Source: an uncultured Pseudomonadales bacterium
Lineage (GTDB): Bacteria > Patescibacteriota > Microgenomatia > UBA1400 > UBA1396
Direction: 5' to 3'
DNA length: 64,000 nt
Assembly (NCBI GenBank): GCA_964603945.1
Contig: CAZRWP010000005.1
Coordinates: forward strand, 432-64,431
Shown here: in pieces, positions 28,581 to 40,155 of the stretch
How positions within the stretch are numbered: the first letter of the stretch is position 1
Layout: each line of letters starts with the position of its first letter
The notes under the pieces: generated by a model
The model's input: the letters and a program-made list of their open reading frames with translations, nothing else
Database searches by the model: none
What the model was told of the DNA's origin: nothing
Position numbers and translations under genes: made by a program

Positions 28581-29792
28581 CTACTGTTCATTTTCTAAAT
28601 TGGCCTCAGGATCCACACCAAATATATAAAGTTCTTCTTCTGCTCTGGTAACGGCAGTGTAGAGCCAACGTCGCCACTCCTCATCATCCATGTGCTTAGA
28701 GCGTTCTTCAACCACAATCACGCGTGGCGCCTGACTGCCCTGAGCTTTATGAACCGTTAGGGCATAACCATAATCAAACAACTGACCAATTTCTCTCTGC
28801 TGGATACGGCTAAACTTTAGTGTGGTGGGATTATTAAACTGCTCAGCCGCCATTAAGCCAGAAAAGATGATATTTTCAAACTCATCTACCACCTCACCGT
28901 AATAAGAAATTATTTTTTCATCATCGCGCTTAGCCACTTCCAGATTCTGCAGTTTACCAGTCATACCGTTAAAAATACCAACTTCCCAGTCATTTTTTAA
29001 ACAAACTACTTGGTCGCCTGACTCCGGCTGATCTGGATTTCGCCACTGAGCGGCCCTAATTGAAGCGTTTATCTGGACACGTGAGTTATTAAAACCCGTC
29101 AAAAATAGTGTGCTGGCTTGATACGTTTGAAAATAATCGTTCATCATGACCTGAGCCTCACTGCTTTGCGAGTTGAATTTCTCCACGCCATCGCCAAATT
29201 TTTGCACTGGAATAACACCTTTTTCTCGGGCCAGTTGTGCTACTTCTAAAATCGGACTACCTGCCGCCTGACGATGAATAGTTTCCAGACGATAATTAGC
29301 CTCGGCCATTAAATTAAAATTACTGCCAATCGGAGGTAATTGACCATGATCGCCAACTGCCAATACCGGCATACCAGTTAATTGAATATCACGCCAGATG
29401 TCTTCCGTGATCATGGAGGCTTCATCGACTACTAGCAATTGATAAGGAAACTTATCTTTTCTAATCCAGGACTCGATTTGGCCAGATTTACCCATAATTG
29501 GCGCATACAACAAGGAATGTAAGGTGCTAATTCTGTCCTTGGTAAAAACCGCTTTCTCATCATTTAGTTTTGCTTCTAATACCCGGGTAGCTTTTCCAGT
29601 AAAACTAGCAAAAGCGACGCGCCATTCGGGACGTTTTTTCTTTAAAATAAGACGCAAAATAGTCAGTAGTGTACTTTTGCCCGTACCGGCGTAGCCGCCC
29701 AATACAAATGGTTCTTTGGGTTCGGTGCTCAACCAACCAAAAATTTGACGCAAGGCCTCGCGTTGTTCAGATGTGATGTCAATTTCCGGCAT
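28581..29792 (-). CDS. RecD/Pif1-like ATP-dependent DNA helicase (AAA_30 + UvrD_C_2)
   Basis: Walker A GGYAGTGKST, VVDEASMI, VGDHGQLPPI, SH3-like VVCLKNDWEVGIFNGMTGK, TVHKAQGSQ. Start set at MPEIDIT; the longest ORF runs to 29954, overlapping aspS. Confidence 0.7.
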   Translation of the reverse strand: MPEIDITSEQREALRQIFGWLSTEPKEPFVLGGYAGTGKSTLLTILRLILKKKRPEWRVAFASFTGKATRVLEAKLNDEKAVFTKDRISTLHSLLYAPIMGKSGQIESWIRKDKFPYQLLVVDEASMITEDIWRDIQLTGMPVLAVGDHGQLPPIGSNFNLMAEANYRLETIHRQAAGSPILEVAQLAREKGVIPVQKFGDGVEKFNSQSSEAQVMMNDYFQTYQASTLFLTGFNNSRVQINASIRAAQWRNPDQPESGDQVVCLKNDWEVGIFNGMTGKLQNLEVAKRDDEKIISYYGEVVDEFENIIFSGLMAAEQFNNPTTLKFSRIQQREIGQLFDYGYALTVHKAQGSQAPRVIVVEERSKHMDDEEWRRWLYTAVTRAEEELYIFGVDPEANLENEQ

Positions 29793-29828
29793 ATATTGAG
29801 CTATTTGTTGTAGAATAAACCATTGTAT

Positions 29829-31238
29829 ATGATTAACCGAAGAACTTTGGCACAGGCCACCCCCCAACTTGTCGGACAAACTATCACCTTGATGGGTTGG
29901 GTTCATAATAAACGCGATCACGGTAAATTGACCTTTATTGATTTCCGCGATCACACCGGTATTATTCAGTGTATTGCACAGGGCATGATGTCTGAGCTGA
30001 CTAATGAGTCAGTGGTTGAAGTGACTGGTGTAGTTCAAACTCGACCAGAAAAATTGGTCAATCCAAACTTACCAACCGGCTCAGTCGAATTATCTGTTAC
30101 AGAGTATAAAGTTCTAAATTTGGCTAAAGATTTACCAATTCAAGTTAAGGACGACGGATTAAATGAAGATGAGCAGGTTCGTCTGCGATACCGCTATTTA
30201 GACCTGCGCCGAGAACGAATGCGCAAGATTTTACGTTTGCGATCTGAATTTTATGAGGCTTGGCGCTCAGCTTTGGCCGAATATGACTTTGTGGAAGTGG
30301 AAACTCCGATGCTGACAAAATCCACCAAAGAAGGCGCGCGCGATTTTATTGTTCCTTCCAGATTTCAACCTGGTAAATTCTATGCTTTACCACAAAGTCC
30401 TCAGCAATATAAACAATTACTGATGACGGCTGGTGTGGAGCGTTATTTCCAATTTGCCCGCTGTATTCGTGATGAAGATTTGCGCGCTGACCGAGGGTTT
30501 GAATTTACTCAATTGGATCTGGAGATGAGCTTTGTTGATCGCGAAGATGTGATGAAGGTTTTGGAAGACATGACCATCAAGGCAGTTGAACAAGCTGGCG
30601 GCAAAATTAAAACCAAACCGTTCCCGGTTTATGACTACCAGGAGGCAATTAAGCAATTTGGTGCTGATAAATTTGATCTACGCACTGAAGAAGACAAACA
30701 GAATGGTGTTTTAGCCTTTGCTTGGGTAATTAATTTCCCGTTCTTTAAGAAAGTTGATAAGAAGGACGCCGCCGAAGTTCGCGATAGTCAAAGCGGTTGG
30801 ACCTTTACGCATAACCCCTTTAGCGCCCCATTGCCAGACCATATTGATGACCACTTAGCCAAGCGTAATATCGACCGAATTCTGACCTCTCAGTACGATC
30901 TGGTATGCAATGGTTTTGAAGTAGGTGGCGGTAGTATTCGAGCTCACCAACCGGAAGTTTTACGCACCACCTTTGAAATCATGGGTTACAGCAACGAGCA
31001 AATTGAAGCCAGTGTTGGTCACATGCTGGAAGCTTTTGAGCTAGGCACTCCGCCGCATGGCGGAATTGCTTACGGTTTGGACCGTCTGGTTATGTTACTG
31101 GCGGGCGAGGATTCAATTAAAGAAACCATTGCTTTTCCTATGACTTCTACTGGTCGTACCGCCGTTATGGACGCGCCAGCTGAGGTGAGTGAAGAGCAGT
31201 TGAAGGAATTAGGAATTTGGGTTGAGCAAATTGGTTGA
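29829..31238 (+). CDS. aspS: Aspartate--tRNA ligase, short archaeal/eukaryal-type (no GAD insertion)
   Basis: OB-fold N-terminus, class II motifs (FYALPQSPQQYKQLLM, GGGSIRAH, GLDRLVML). About 470 aa. Confidence 0.85.
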   Translation: MINRRTLAQATPQLVGQTITLMGWVHNKRDHGKLTFIDFRDHTGIIQCIAQGMMSELTNESVVEVTGVVQTRPEKLVNPNLPTGSVELSVTEYKVLNLAKDLPIQVKDDGLNEDEQVRLRYRYLDLRRERMRKILRLRSEFYEAWRSALAEYDFVEVETPMLTKSTKEGARDFIVPSRFQPGKFYALPQSPQQYKQLLMTAGVERYFQFARCIRDEDLRADRGFEFTQLDLEMSFVDREDVMKVLEDMTIKAVEQAGGKIKTKPFPVYDYQEAIKQFGADKFDLRTEEDKQNGVLAFAWVINFPFFKKVDKKDAAEVRDSQSGWTFTHNPFSAPLPDHIDDHLAKRNIDRILTSQYDLVCNGFEVGGGSIRAHQPEVLRTTFEIMGYSNEQIEASVGHMLEAFELGTPPHGGIAYGLDRLVMLLAGEDSIKETIAFPMTSTGRTAVMDAPAEVSEEQLKELGIWVEQIG

Positions 31239-31373
31239 CCCCACCGGGACTAGCAAGCACGCTCGCTTCCACTCGCTTTGCTTGCACTAGGGTTATCTCG
31301 CATGGATCAGTAGATTAGTATGCTCGATCCCGTTGGAACAGAGACTTCAATCTCGTGCAGAGTCTTAAGCACA

Positions 31374-31399
31374 AAAAAATCCGCTGTTGCGGATTTTTC
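31374..31399. terminator. Bidirectional Rho-independent terminator between aspS and tRNA-Glu
   Basis: aaaaaatccgc-tgtt-gcggattttt: 10-bp GC-cored stem flanked by A and T runs on both sides. Confidence 0.6.
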
Positions 31400-31407
31400 T
31401 ATGCTTG

Positions 31408-31480
31408 TGACCCCACCGGGACTCGAACCCGGGTTGCTGGGATGAAAACCCAGTGTCCTAGACCGCTAGACGATGGGGCC
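31408..31480 (-). tRNA. tRNA-Glu (anticodon UUC)
   Basis: Reverse complement GGCCCCAUCGUCUAGCGGUCUAGGACA-CUGGG-UUUUCAU-CCCAG-...GGUUCGAGUCC...UGGGGUCA gives a cloverleaf. Confidence 0.85.
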
Positions 31481-31538
31481 AAACATACTGTGATGCTGAT
31501 CAGGCATTATATCAAACGCCATGACTATAAGTCACCTG

Positions 31539-31567
31539 TTGCAAAATATGGTAGTTATACTGATAAT
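31539..31567 (+). promoter_or_regulatory. Candidate sigma70-type promoter of the atp operon
   Basis: TTGCAA-N17-GATAAT about 35 bp upstream of atpB ATG. Pattern match only. Confidence 0.3.
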
Positions 31568-31600
31568 ACCGACATATCTCTGTATAGAGCAGGGTAGCTT

Positions 31601-32443
31601 ATGGCTGGACAGTTACATATTGCAATCACACCGGAAACTTTATTTACCATTGGTGGTTTTGAAGTTACCAATACTTTATTTACCAGCTATCTGGTTACCG
31701 TATTTTTAATTATTTTTCTGCTTTACGCTCGCTCACAATTAAAATTAACTAATCGCCCAACTGGTTTGCAAAACTTACTTGAGGTAATTGTAGGCGGTCT
31801 ATACTCATTTATTGACACCATTACTCACTCAGCTAAGAAAACTGCCACTTTTGCACCGATAATTACCGCATTTTTTGTTTTCATCCTGCTTAACAACTGG
31901 GTGGAATTACTTCCAGGCTTCCATACAATTATCTACACTGGTGAACCTGGCATACATCTGACCAACATCCCTGGAGCTGGCAATACAACTGAAGTTTACG
32001 CGGTCGAAAATCCGACTGAAGAAGTCCATCTAGAAGAAGAAAATGAACACACCGGTGTTGCTTTGCTAAGAGGTGCTAACGCTGATATTAATATGACAAT
32101 TGCTCTGGCCTTAGTATCAGTGGCAGTTATTCAATACTATGGCTTTAAATTCTCCGGAATTAATTATGGTAAGAAATACATTAATTTCTCCAGCCCAATC
32201 TTTTTCTTTGTTGGTCTATTGGAAATAGTATCGGAAATTTCTAAGATTCTATCCTTTGCTTTCCGTTTATTTGGTAATATCTTTGCTGGCGAAGTCTTGA
32301 TTGCCGTTATTTCATTCTTAGTTCCGGTAGTCTTGCCCATGCCATTTATTGGCTTAGAGATTTTTGTCGGCTTTATTCAGGCATTAGTATTTGCCATGCT
32401 GACCCTTGTATTTATAAATATGGCTACAGAAGCCCATCATTAA
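31601..32443 (+). CDS. atpB: F0F1 ATP synthase subunit a
   Basis: Polytopic, with conserved C-terminal helices including the essential Arg region (FRLFGNIFAGE). Confidence 0.85.
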   Translation: MAGQLHIAITPETLFTIGGFEVTNTLFTSYLVTVFLIIFLLYARSQLKLTNRPTGLQNLLEVIVGGLYSFIDTITHSAKKTATFAPIITAFFVFILLNNWVELLPGFHTIIYTGEPGIHLTNIPGAGNTTEVYAVENPTEEVHLEEENEHTGVALLRGANADINMTIALALVSVAVIQYYGFKFSGINYGKKYINFSSPIFFFVGLLEIVSEISKILSFAFRLFGNIFAGEVLIAVISFLVPVVLPMPFIGLEIFVGFIQALVFAMLTLVFINMATEAHH

Positions 32444-32464
32444 AGTAAAGAAAGGATACAAAAT

Positions 32465-32677
32465 ATGGAAAATTTACCTTCTGCTCTCACCATGAGTATT
32501 GGCGGAATCGGTCCGGCTATTGCTATTGGTGTTATTGTTAAAGCGGCTTTGGAATCAATCGGCCGCAATCCAGAAGCTGGAAGCCAAATTCAAACCGCAA
32601 TGATTCTGGGTGTCGCGTTTGCTGAAGCGATTGCTATTTATTCCTTAGTCATTGCTCTGGTACTCAAATTTGTTTAA
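32465..32677 (+). CDS. atpE: F0F1 ATP synthase subunit c
   Basis: 70-aa hairpin proteolipid with the conserved carboxylate (AFAEAIAIYSLVIAL). Confidence 0.85.
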   Translation: MENLPSALTMSIGGIGPAIAIGVIVKAALESIGRNPEAGSQIQTAMILGVAFAEAIAIYSLVIALVLKFV

Positions 32678-32695
32678 AAGAAAAGGAGTTCATCC

Positions 32696-33178
32696 ATGGA
32701 GATACAAGTAGGAGCCATACTCCTTCAAATGATTAATTTTGGGATGGTTGTTGGTGCTGTGACAGTGCTATTAATTAAGCCTGTTCGCCGTATTCTTGAT
32801 GAAAGATCTCGTAAAGTTGAAGAGGGAATTAAAGCTAGTGAGTCTGCGATAGCTAAAGAGGCTAATCTGGATAAAAAAGCCAAAGATATTGAGCTTAAGG
32901 CTCAGGAAAAAGCAAAAACAATTCTTGATGAGGCACGAGAAGATGCTAAAGAGCGCCAGGCCACATTACTTAAAGAAGCTAAAAAACAAGCTGAGGCAAT
33001 TAAAGCCAAGGCTCAAGCAGATGCCGCTAAAGAAAAACAGGCTATTTTGTCTGATCTGCAATCTCAGTTTGAATCAGCCGTAGTAGCGGTTGCCGGTAAA
33101 GTTATCGGCGAAGAACTAACTAGCACCAAACATCAATCACTCATTAAAGAAGGATTGAAGGAAATTGAAACTGCCTAA
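32696..33178 (+). CDS. atpF: F0F1 ATP synthase subunit b
   Basis: Single N-terminal TM followed by a long A/K/E-rich helix. Confidence 0.75.
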   Translation: MEIQVGAILLQMINFGMVVGAVTVLLIKPVRRILDERSRKVEEGIKASESAIAKEANLDKKAKDIELKAQEKAKTILDEAREDAKERQATLLKEAKKQAEAIKAKAQADAAKEKQAILSDLQSQFESAVVAVAGKVIGEELTSTKHQSLIKEGLKEIETA

Positions 33179-33180
33179 AC

Positions 33181-33393
33181 ATGACTTTAGTTACCGTAAT
33201 CACTGCTATTAGTTTAAATGACAAATTGCGCGAGAAAGTTAAAAAAGTGGCTCAGCAAAAGCTTGGTCATCAGGACTTTGAATTGCGCGAAGAAGTCGAT
33301 CCTTCAGTTATTGGTGGGGTAAAACTGTCAATGTCTGGTCAGGTATTTGACGCCACTATTGCCAATAAGCTAAAGCAGATTGGGCAGAGTTAG
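33181..33393 (+). CDS. atpH: F0F1 ATP synthase delta (OSCP) subunit, C-terminal domain only (70 aa)
   Basis: Matches the delta C-terminal region (EVDPSVIGGVKLSMSGQVFDATIANKL). The N-terminal alpha-binding domain is absent. Confidence 0.55.
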   Translation: MTLVTVITAISLNDKLREKVKKVAQQKLGHQDFELREEVDPSVIGGVKLSMSGQVFDATIANKLKQIGQS

Positions 33394-33403
33394 AAAGAAC
33401 ATC

Positions 33404-34933
33404 ATGGCTAAGTCAAATACATCTTTACTTGATCGTTTTCAAACAAAACTTGACCAAACTTCGACGTCAGTAAAACCTCGAGTTGCCGGCAAAGTCATCT
33501 CTTTTGGTGATGGCGTGGTGGTGGCTGAAGGCTTAGATGATTTGAAAGCCAGCGAATTGGTTGATTTAGGTCAAGGCAAATTTGGTTTAGCTTTGAATCT
33601 TAACAATCAGACTGTGGGTATTGTGGCTTTAGATGAGGTTCCTCATCTATCTGTAGGTCAGGAAATCTACGGAACTGGTCGCATTTTGTCAATTGGTGTT
33701 GGCGATGAGCTTCTAGGTCGCGTGATTGATCCTCTTGGCAAGCCTTTGGATGACCAGGGTGATTACAAAATCACCAAATATGAGCCTCTAGAAAAGATCG
33801 CGCCAGGAGTGATGGATCGTCAATCGGTTAGTGAACCTCTGCAAACCGGTATCAAGGCCGTCGACGCTATGATTCCAATCGGCCGAGGTCAGCGTGAATT
33901 AATAATTGGCGACCGTGGTACTGGTAAATCATCAATTGCTTTGGGGACTATTCTGAATCAGCATGACCAAGACGTGATCTGTGTTTATGTCTCAATTGGT
34001 CAAAAACGAAGCTTTTTGGCACAAACAATTGCCTTACTAGAAGAACGCGGTGCCATGAACTACACCATTATGGTGACTGCCAGTGCTTCAGATCCAGCAT
34101 CGATGCAGTTTTTAGCTCCTTTTGCCGGGACTTCCGTAGCGGAACACTTCTTAAATCAAGGCAAAGATGTCTTAATTATCTATGATGACCTGTCCAAGCA
34201 TGCACAGGCTTATCGGGAGATTTCTTTGCTCTTGCGCCGTCCCTCTGGTCGCGAGGCCTATCCAGGTGACATTTTTTATCTGCACTCACGTTTATTGGAA
34301 CGTTCTTGCCGTCTGAATGAAGAAAAGGGCGGGGGCTCTATTACCGCTTTACCGATTATTGAAACTCAAGCCAATGACGTATCCGCCTACATTCCAACTA
34401 ATGTTATTTCCATCACTGACGGCCAAATATACCTAGAAGCTGATTTGTTCAACGCCGGTGTTCGACCAGCTATCAATGTAGGTTTATCAGTCTCTCGTGT
34501 CGGCTCCGCCGCCCAAAAGAAAGTTATGAAGCAGGTTGCTGGTCCAATGAAATTGGATCTAGCCCAATTCCGAGAGTTAGAGGCCTTTTCTCAGTTTAGT
34601 TCAGATCTGGATCCAGCGACCAAGAAGCAACTTGACCGCGGACACCGAATTTCCAGTATTCTCAATCAAAACTGGGACACACCTTTATCTCTTGAGCAAC
34701 AGGTTTTAGTTATTTGGGCCGCTACCAGAGGCCATTTAGATGACATTCAACTGGAATTTATAGCAATATGGGAAACAGAGTTTCTTAATTATGTCGCTGA
34801 CAGTGAGCCTGAACTTATCAAGAGTATTCGCCAATCAGCCAAACTTAACGATGAGATAGAAGCCAAACTTGGGGAAATAGTTCATACATTTAACTCACTT
34901 CACCCTGATTGGCACATCGTTAAGGAGGAATAA
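33404..34933 (+). CDS. atpA: F0F1 ATP synthase subunit alpha
   Basis: Walker A GDRGTGKSSIA, plus other conserved alpha blocks. Confidence 0.95.
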   Translation: MAKSNTSLLDRFQTKLDQTSTSVKPRVAGKVISFGDGVVVAEGLDDLKASELVDLGQGKFGLALNLNNQTVGIVALDEVPHLSVGQEIYGTGRILSIGVGDELLGRVIDPLGKPLDDQGDYKITKYEPLEKIAPGVMDRQSVSEPLQTGIKAVDAMIPIGRGQRELIIGDRGTGKSSIALGTILNQHDQDVICVYVSIGQKRSFLAQTIALLEERGAMNYTIMVTASASDPASMQFLAPFAGTSVAEHFLNQGKDVLIIYDDLSKHAQAYREISLLLRRPSGREAYPGDIFYLHSRLLERSCRLNEEKGGGSITALPIIETQANDVSAYIPTNVISITDGQIYLEADLFNAGVRPAINVGLSVSRVGSAAQKKVMKQVAGPMKLDLAQFRELEAFSQFSSDLDPATKKQLDRGHRISSILNQNWDTPLSLEQQVLVIWAATRGHLDDIQLEFIAIWETEFLNYVADSEPELIKSIRQSAKLNDEIEAKLGEIVHTFNSLHPDWHIVKEE

Positions 34934-34939
34934 TCAGTC

Positions 34940-37214
<2,275 letters not shown>

Positions 37215-37274
37215 TTTGTCAGTCTACCGGCGGGAAAAATGTAAATAATGATAACTCACAAATAAACAACTAAT

Positions 37275-37706
37275 ATGTCAAACAAAACACTCAAACTAGA
37301 GATCGTTACTCAGGAGAAACAACTACTGAAAACAGAAGTTACTTCGGTGAGTGTAGCCACGGAAGTTGGCGAAATTACCATTTTGCCTGACCATATTCCT
37401 TTATTTACTAAATTAGCTACCGGCGAGCTTAGATACCGTGAACCAAATTCAAACAAAACTAATTACTTCGCCATTTCTGGCGGTTTTATGGATGTCGGAG
37501 TTAGCGGTCAGGTAACTGTTTTAGCTGATGAGGCATTGCGCGCTGACGATATTAACGAAGCCATGGCGGAGCAAGCTCGTCAGGAAGCTGAAGAAGCTAT
37601 GAAAAATCAAACTTCCCAGCGTGACTTTATTCTGGCTGAGGCTTCTTTGCGCAAAGCTTTGAACGAGCTGAAAATCGCCAACAAGCGCAAGAGTTCTAAA
37701 CGGTAA
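37275..37706 (+). CDS. atpC: F0F1 ATP synthase subunit epsilon
   Basis: Beta-sandwich N-terminus plus helical C-terminus, at the operon-terminal position. Confidence 0.8.
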   Translation: MSNKTLKLEIVTQEKQLLKTEVTSVSVATEVGEITILPDHIPLFTKLATGELRYREPNSNKTNYFAISGGFMDVGVSGQVTVLADEALRADDINEAMAEQARQEAEEAMKNQTSQRDFILAEASLRKALNELKIANKRKSSKR

Positions 37707-37784
37707 GTCAGATTTTCCATCCAACTAAGCAGACTGACTTTGTGTTTCACCCATCATTTCATTTTTACTTGATATACTGATGAC

Positions 37785-38186
37785 ATGAGCACAATCTTTT
37801 CCAAGATCTATCATGGCGAACTGCCAGGCTTTGTGATTGCTGAATCACCAAAGTCTTTTGCTATTCTCAATCGTTTTCCCACCCAACCCGGTCATGCTTT
37901 AGTTATGCCAAAACAGGAAATTGGCTACTTATTTGATCTGCCCCTGGAGGATTACCAAGACATAATGGAGCTTACTTATAAAGTTGCACCTGCTCTAAAA
38001 GCGGTTACTAAAGCTAACAAGATCGGCTTAGCGGTTGAAGGCTTTGGGGTTAAAGATCACGCTCATATTCACTTAATTCCGATTAACTCTAGCGCTGACT
38101 TTAGTACTTCGATGGCTCCTGAGGCCACCGATGAAGAGTTGGCAGAAATAGCTGAGCAGTTTTCCAGGCATTGGCCACAAGCTTAA
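37785..38186 (+). CDS. HIT family (histidine triad) protein
   Basis: HAHIHLIP histidine-triad motif. Confidence 0.75.
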   Translation: MSTIFSKIYHGELPGFVIAESPKSFAILNRFPTQPGHALVMPKQEIGYLFDLPLEDYQDIMELTYKVAPALKAVTKANKIGLAVEGFGVKDHAHIHLIPINSSADFSTSMAPEATDEELAEIAEQFSRHWPQA

Positions 38187-38212
38187 GGTGAAAGTTTGCT
38201 ATAATTTTCACC

Positions 38213-39379
38213 ATGTCATCGACACTAAAAATAGATGAAGCCCCTGAATTTGATAAGACAATCTTAATCGGTGGCGGTCACTTGACCCCAGCTTTAGCCA
38301 CGATTGAATACTTTCAAAAAAATCATCCCAATATCCGTCTTATTTTTGTCGGACGAGAATTTTCTCAGGAAAAAGAAGAGCAATTAGCCAAGGAGCGAGA
38401 AGCCTGTGAAGAATTAGGCATTCCTTTTTACGCGATTGAGGCCGCCAAGTTTCACCGTTCAGTTTGGTGGCGCAATATTTTAGAGATTCCCCGCTTGCTA
38501 CCGTCTTTTTGGGAAGCCTATCAGATTGTCAGACAAAACAATGTTGATCTATTTTTAAGCTTTGGCGGATATCTAGCTGTGCCAATTGCTTTGGTAACTA
38601 AACTGCAGGGCAAAAAGATTGTCACCCATGAGCAGACTCGAAGTTCTGGTCTCGCCAATGAATTAATTGCCTTAATTGCCGACAAAGTAGCTATCTCTTT
38701 TCCAGAATCAGCTGATCAATTTCCCAAACATAAAACTATCTTGACCGGCAATCCCATCCGTCAGAAACTTTTACGCTCATATAAACGCCCGCCAGCTTGG
38801 TTGCCAACCAAGATTAAACCAATTCTTTATATTACCGGTGGCAGTCAAGGTTCTCAGGTGATTAATAATGCGGTTGGACAAATCTTAGCTGAACTAACCG
38901 CCAAATTTACCGTTATTCATCAGTGTGGCCGCAGTCCAAATCAACGCTATTTGCGTCACCTGGAAGAGCAAGCACTAGAACTACCAGAAAATCTTCAACA
39001 GCATTATTTCCCGCGTGAATGGATCGATGAGCAGGAAATTAGCTGGTTTATGCAGCATGCCGCGCTAGCTATTTCCCGTTCCGGTGCCAACACAACTTTA
39101 GAAATGACAATTCATGCATTACCGGCCATCTTTATTCCTTTGCCTTTTGCTCACAATAATGAGCAGTGGAAAAATGCCCAAAGTATGGTTCAAGCGGAAG
39201 CGGCCGTTTTACTTGAGCAAAAAGACTTAACTCCTTCAGCTTTGTTGGAAAAAGTTATGGATACCTCAGCTAAACGAGGATACATGCGCAAACGTGCCGA
39301 AAAACTACGTGACAATTTAATCTTGGACGGAGCTGAAAACTTAGGCAAACTTTGTCTATCTCTGCTACCATCACGGTAA
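38213..39379 (+). CDS. murG: Undecaprenyldiphospho-muramoylpentapeptide beta-N-acetylglucosaminyltransferase MurG
   Basis: ILIGGGHLTPALA N-terminal G-loop, YITGGSQGSQ C-domain motif. Position precedes ftsQAZ. Confidence 0.85.
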   Translation: MSSTLKIDEAPEFDKTILIGGGHLTPALATIEYFQKNHPNIRLIFVGREFSQEKEEQLAKEREACEELGIPFYAIEAAKFHRSVWWRNILEIPRLLPSFWEAYQIVRQNNVDLFLSFGGYLAVPIALVTKLQGKKIVTHEQTRSSGLANELIALIADKVAISFPESADQFPKHKTILTGNPIRQKLLRSYKRPPAWLPTKIKPILYITGGSQGSQVINNAVGQILAELTAKFTVIHQCGRSPNQRYLRHLEEQALELPENLQQHYFPREWIDEQEISWFMQHAALAISRSGANTTLEMTIHALPAIFIPLPFAHNNEQWKNAQSMVQAEAAVLLEQKDLTPSALLEKVMDTSAKRGYMRKRAEKLRDNLILDGAENLGKLCLSLLPSR

Positions 39380-40155
39380 TGACACCCCGACTAAAACGGA
39401 AAACTGATCAGTCGCAACCGCTCAAACAACGGACCGCAAATAATGGCATTCAGCCAAAATCGCCAGTCAATTGGCTAAAGAGATTAATTAGTTTAATAGT
39501 CCTAATTGGAATTCTTGGAGGTGTGCTGTGGTTTCTTTGGCAGGCTCCAAGCAAAGTCGAGTGTGTAACTAATCTCAACTCCTACTGCAATGAAATGATC
39601 ATGGAGTCACTAAAACCGCTAAGTAATACGCCCTGGGTAAAAATCAAATCTCGTTTTGCAGATCAACAGGAGCAAATCCTAGCTCAGCATGATGATTTAG
39701 TCGCTATTACTTTACACCGTCGGCCCCTTCACCAGATCGAAATTACGGCTGAGTATGCACAACCGCTTTTCATGGCAACTGTCGATGGCCAAAGCTGGCA
39801 AGTACTAAGCAATGCTTATTTGAAGCCAATTGAAAAACCAGGCTTGCCAGTAATGACTTTTCCCAATCAGGAAATGTTAAATTCTTTATCTGATGAAGAT
39901 CGACAAAATTACGCTTATTTGTATCAAAATCTGTCAGCTTTTTCTCCCAGATGTAAATCAATTAATATAAATTCTAGAGCTGAGATTACGGCAGAGTTTG
40001 AAAATAGCGGACAAGTTTTACTCAAAATTGGGGACCACCAGATCATAGATAAACAGCTCGCTACTTTACAAGCCTTTTTGCGCTCCTCTACAATGGATCA
40101 AGACTATAATCTGCTGGACCTTCGTTTTGATGGTGTAGCTGTGGTAAAGGAATGA
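39379..40155 (+). CDS. ftsQ: Cell division protein FtsQ/DivIB-like (TM + POTRA)
   Basis: Single TM (LISLIVLIGILGGVLWFLW) followed by a periplasmic domain. Start ATG overlaps the murG stop as TAATG. Positioned between murG and ftsA. Confidence 0.6.
   Translation: MTPRLKRKTDQSQPLKQRTANNGIQPKSPVNWLKRLISLIVLIGILGGVLWFLWQAPSKVECVTNLNSYCNEMIMESLKPLSNTPWVKIKSRFADQQEQILAQHDDLVAITLHRRPLHQIEITAEYAQPLFMATVDGQSWQVLSNAYLKPIEKPGLPVMTFPNQEMLNSLSDEDRQNYAYLYQNLSAFSPRCKSININSRAEITAEFENSGQVLLKIGDHQIIDKQLATLQAFLRSSTMDQDYNLLDLRFDGVAVVKE

Noticed and set aside
33181-33393. Short atpH considered as a product of a frameshift in a full-length delta gene
   Set aside because: atpF ends with a clean TAA 2 nt upstream. 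No delta N-domain-like coding sequence exists in the other frames, so the short form appears genuine.
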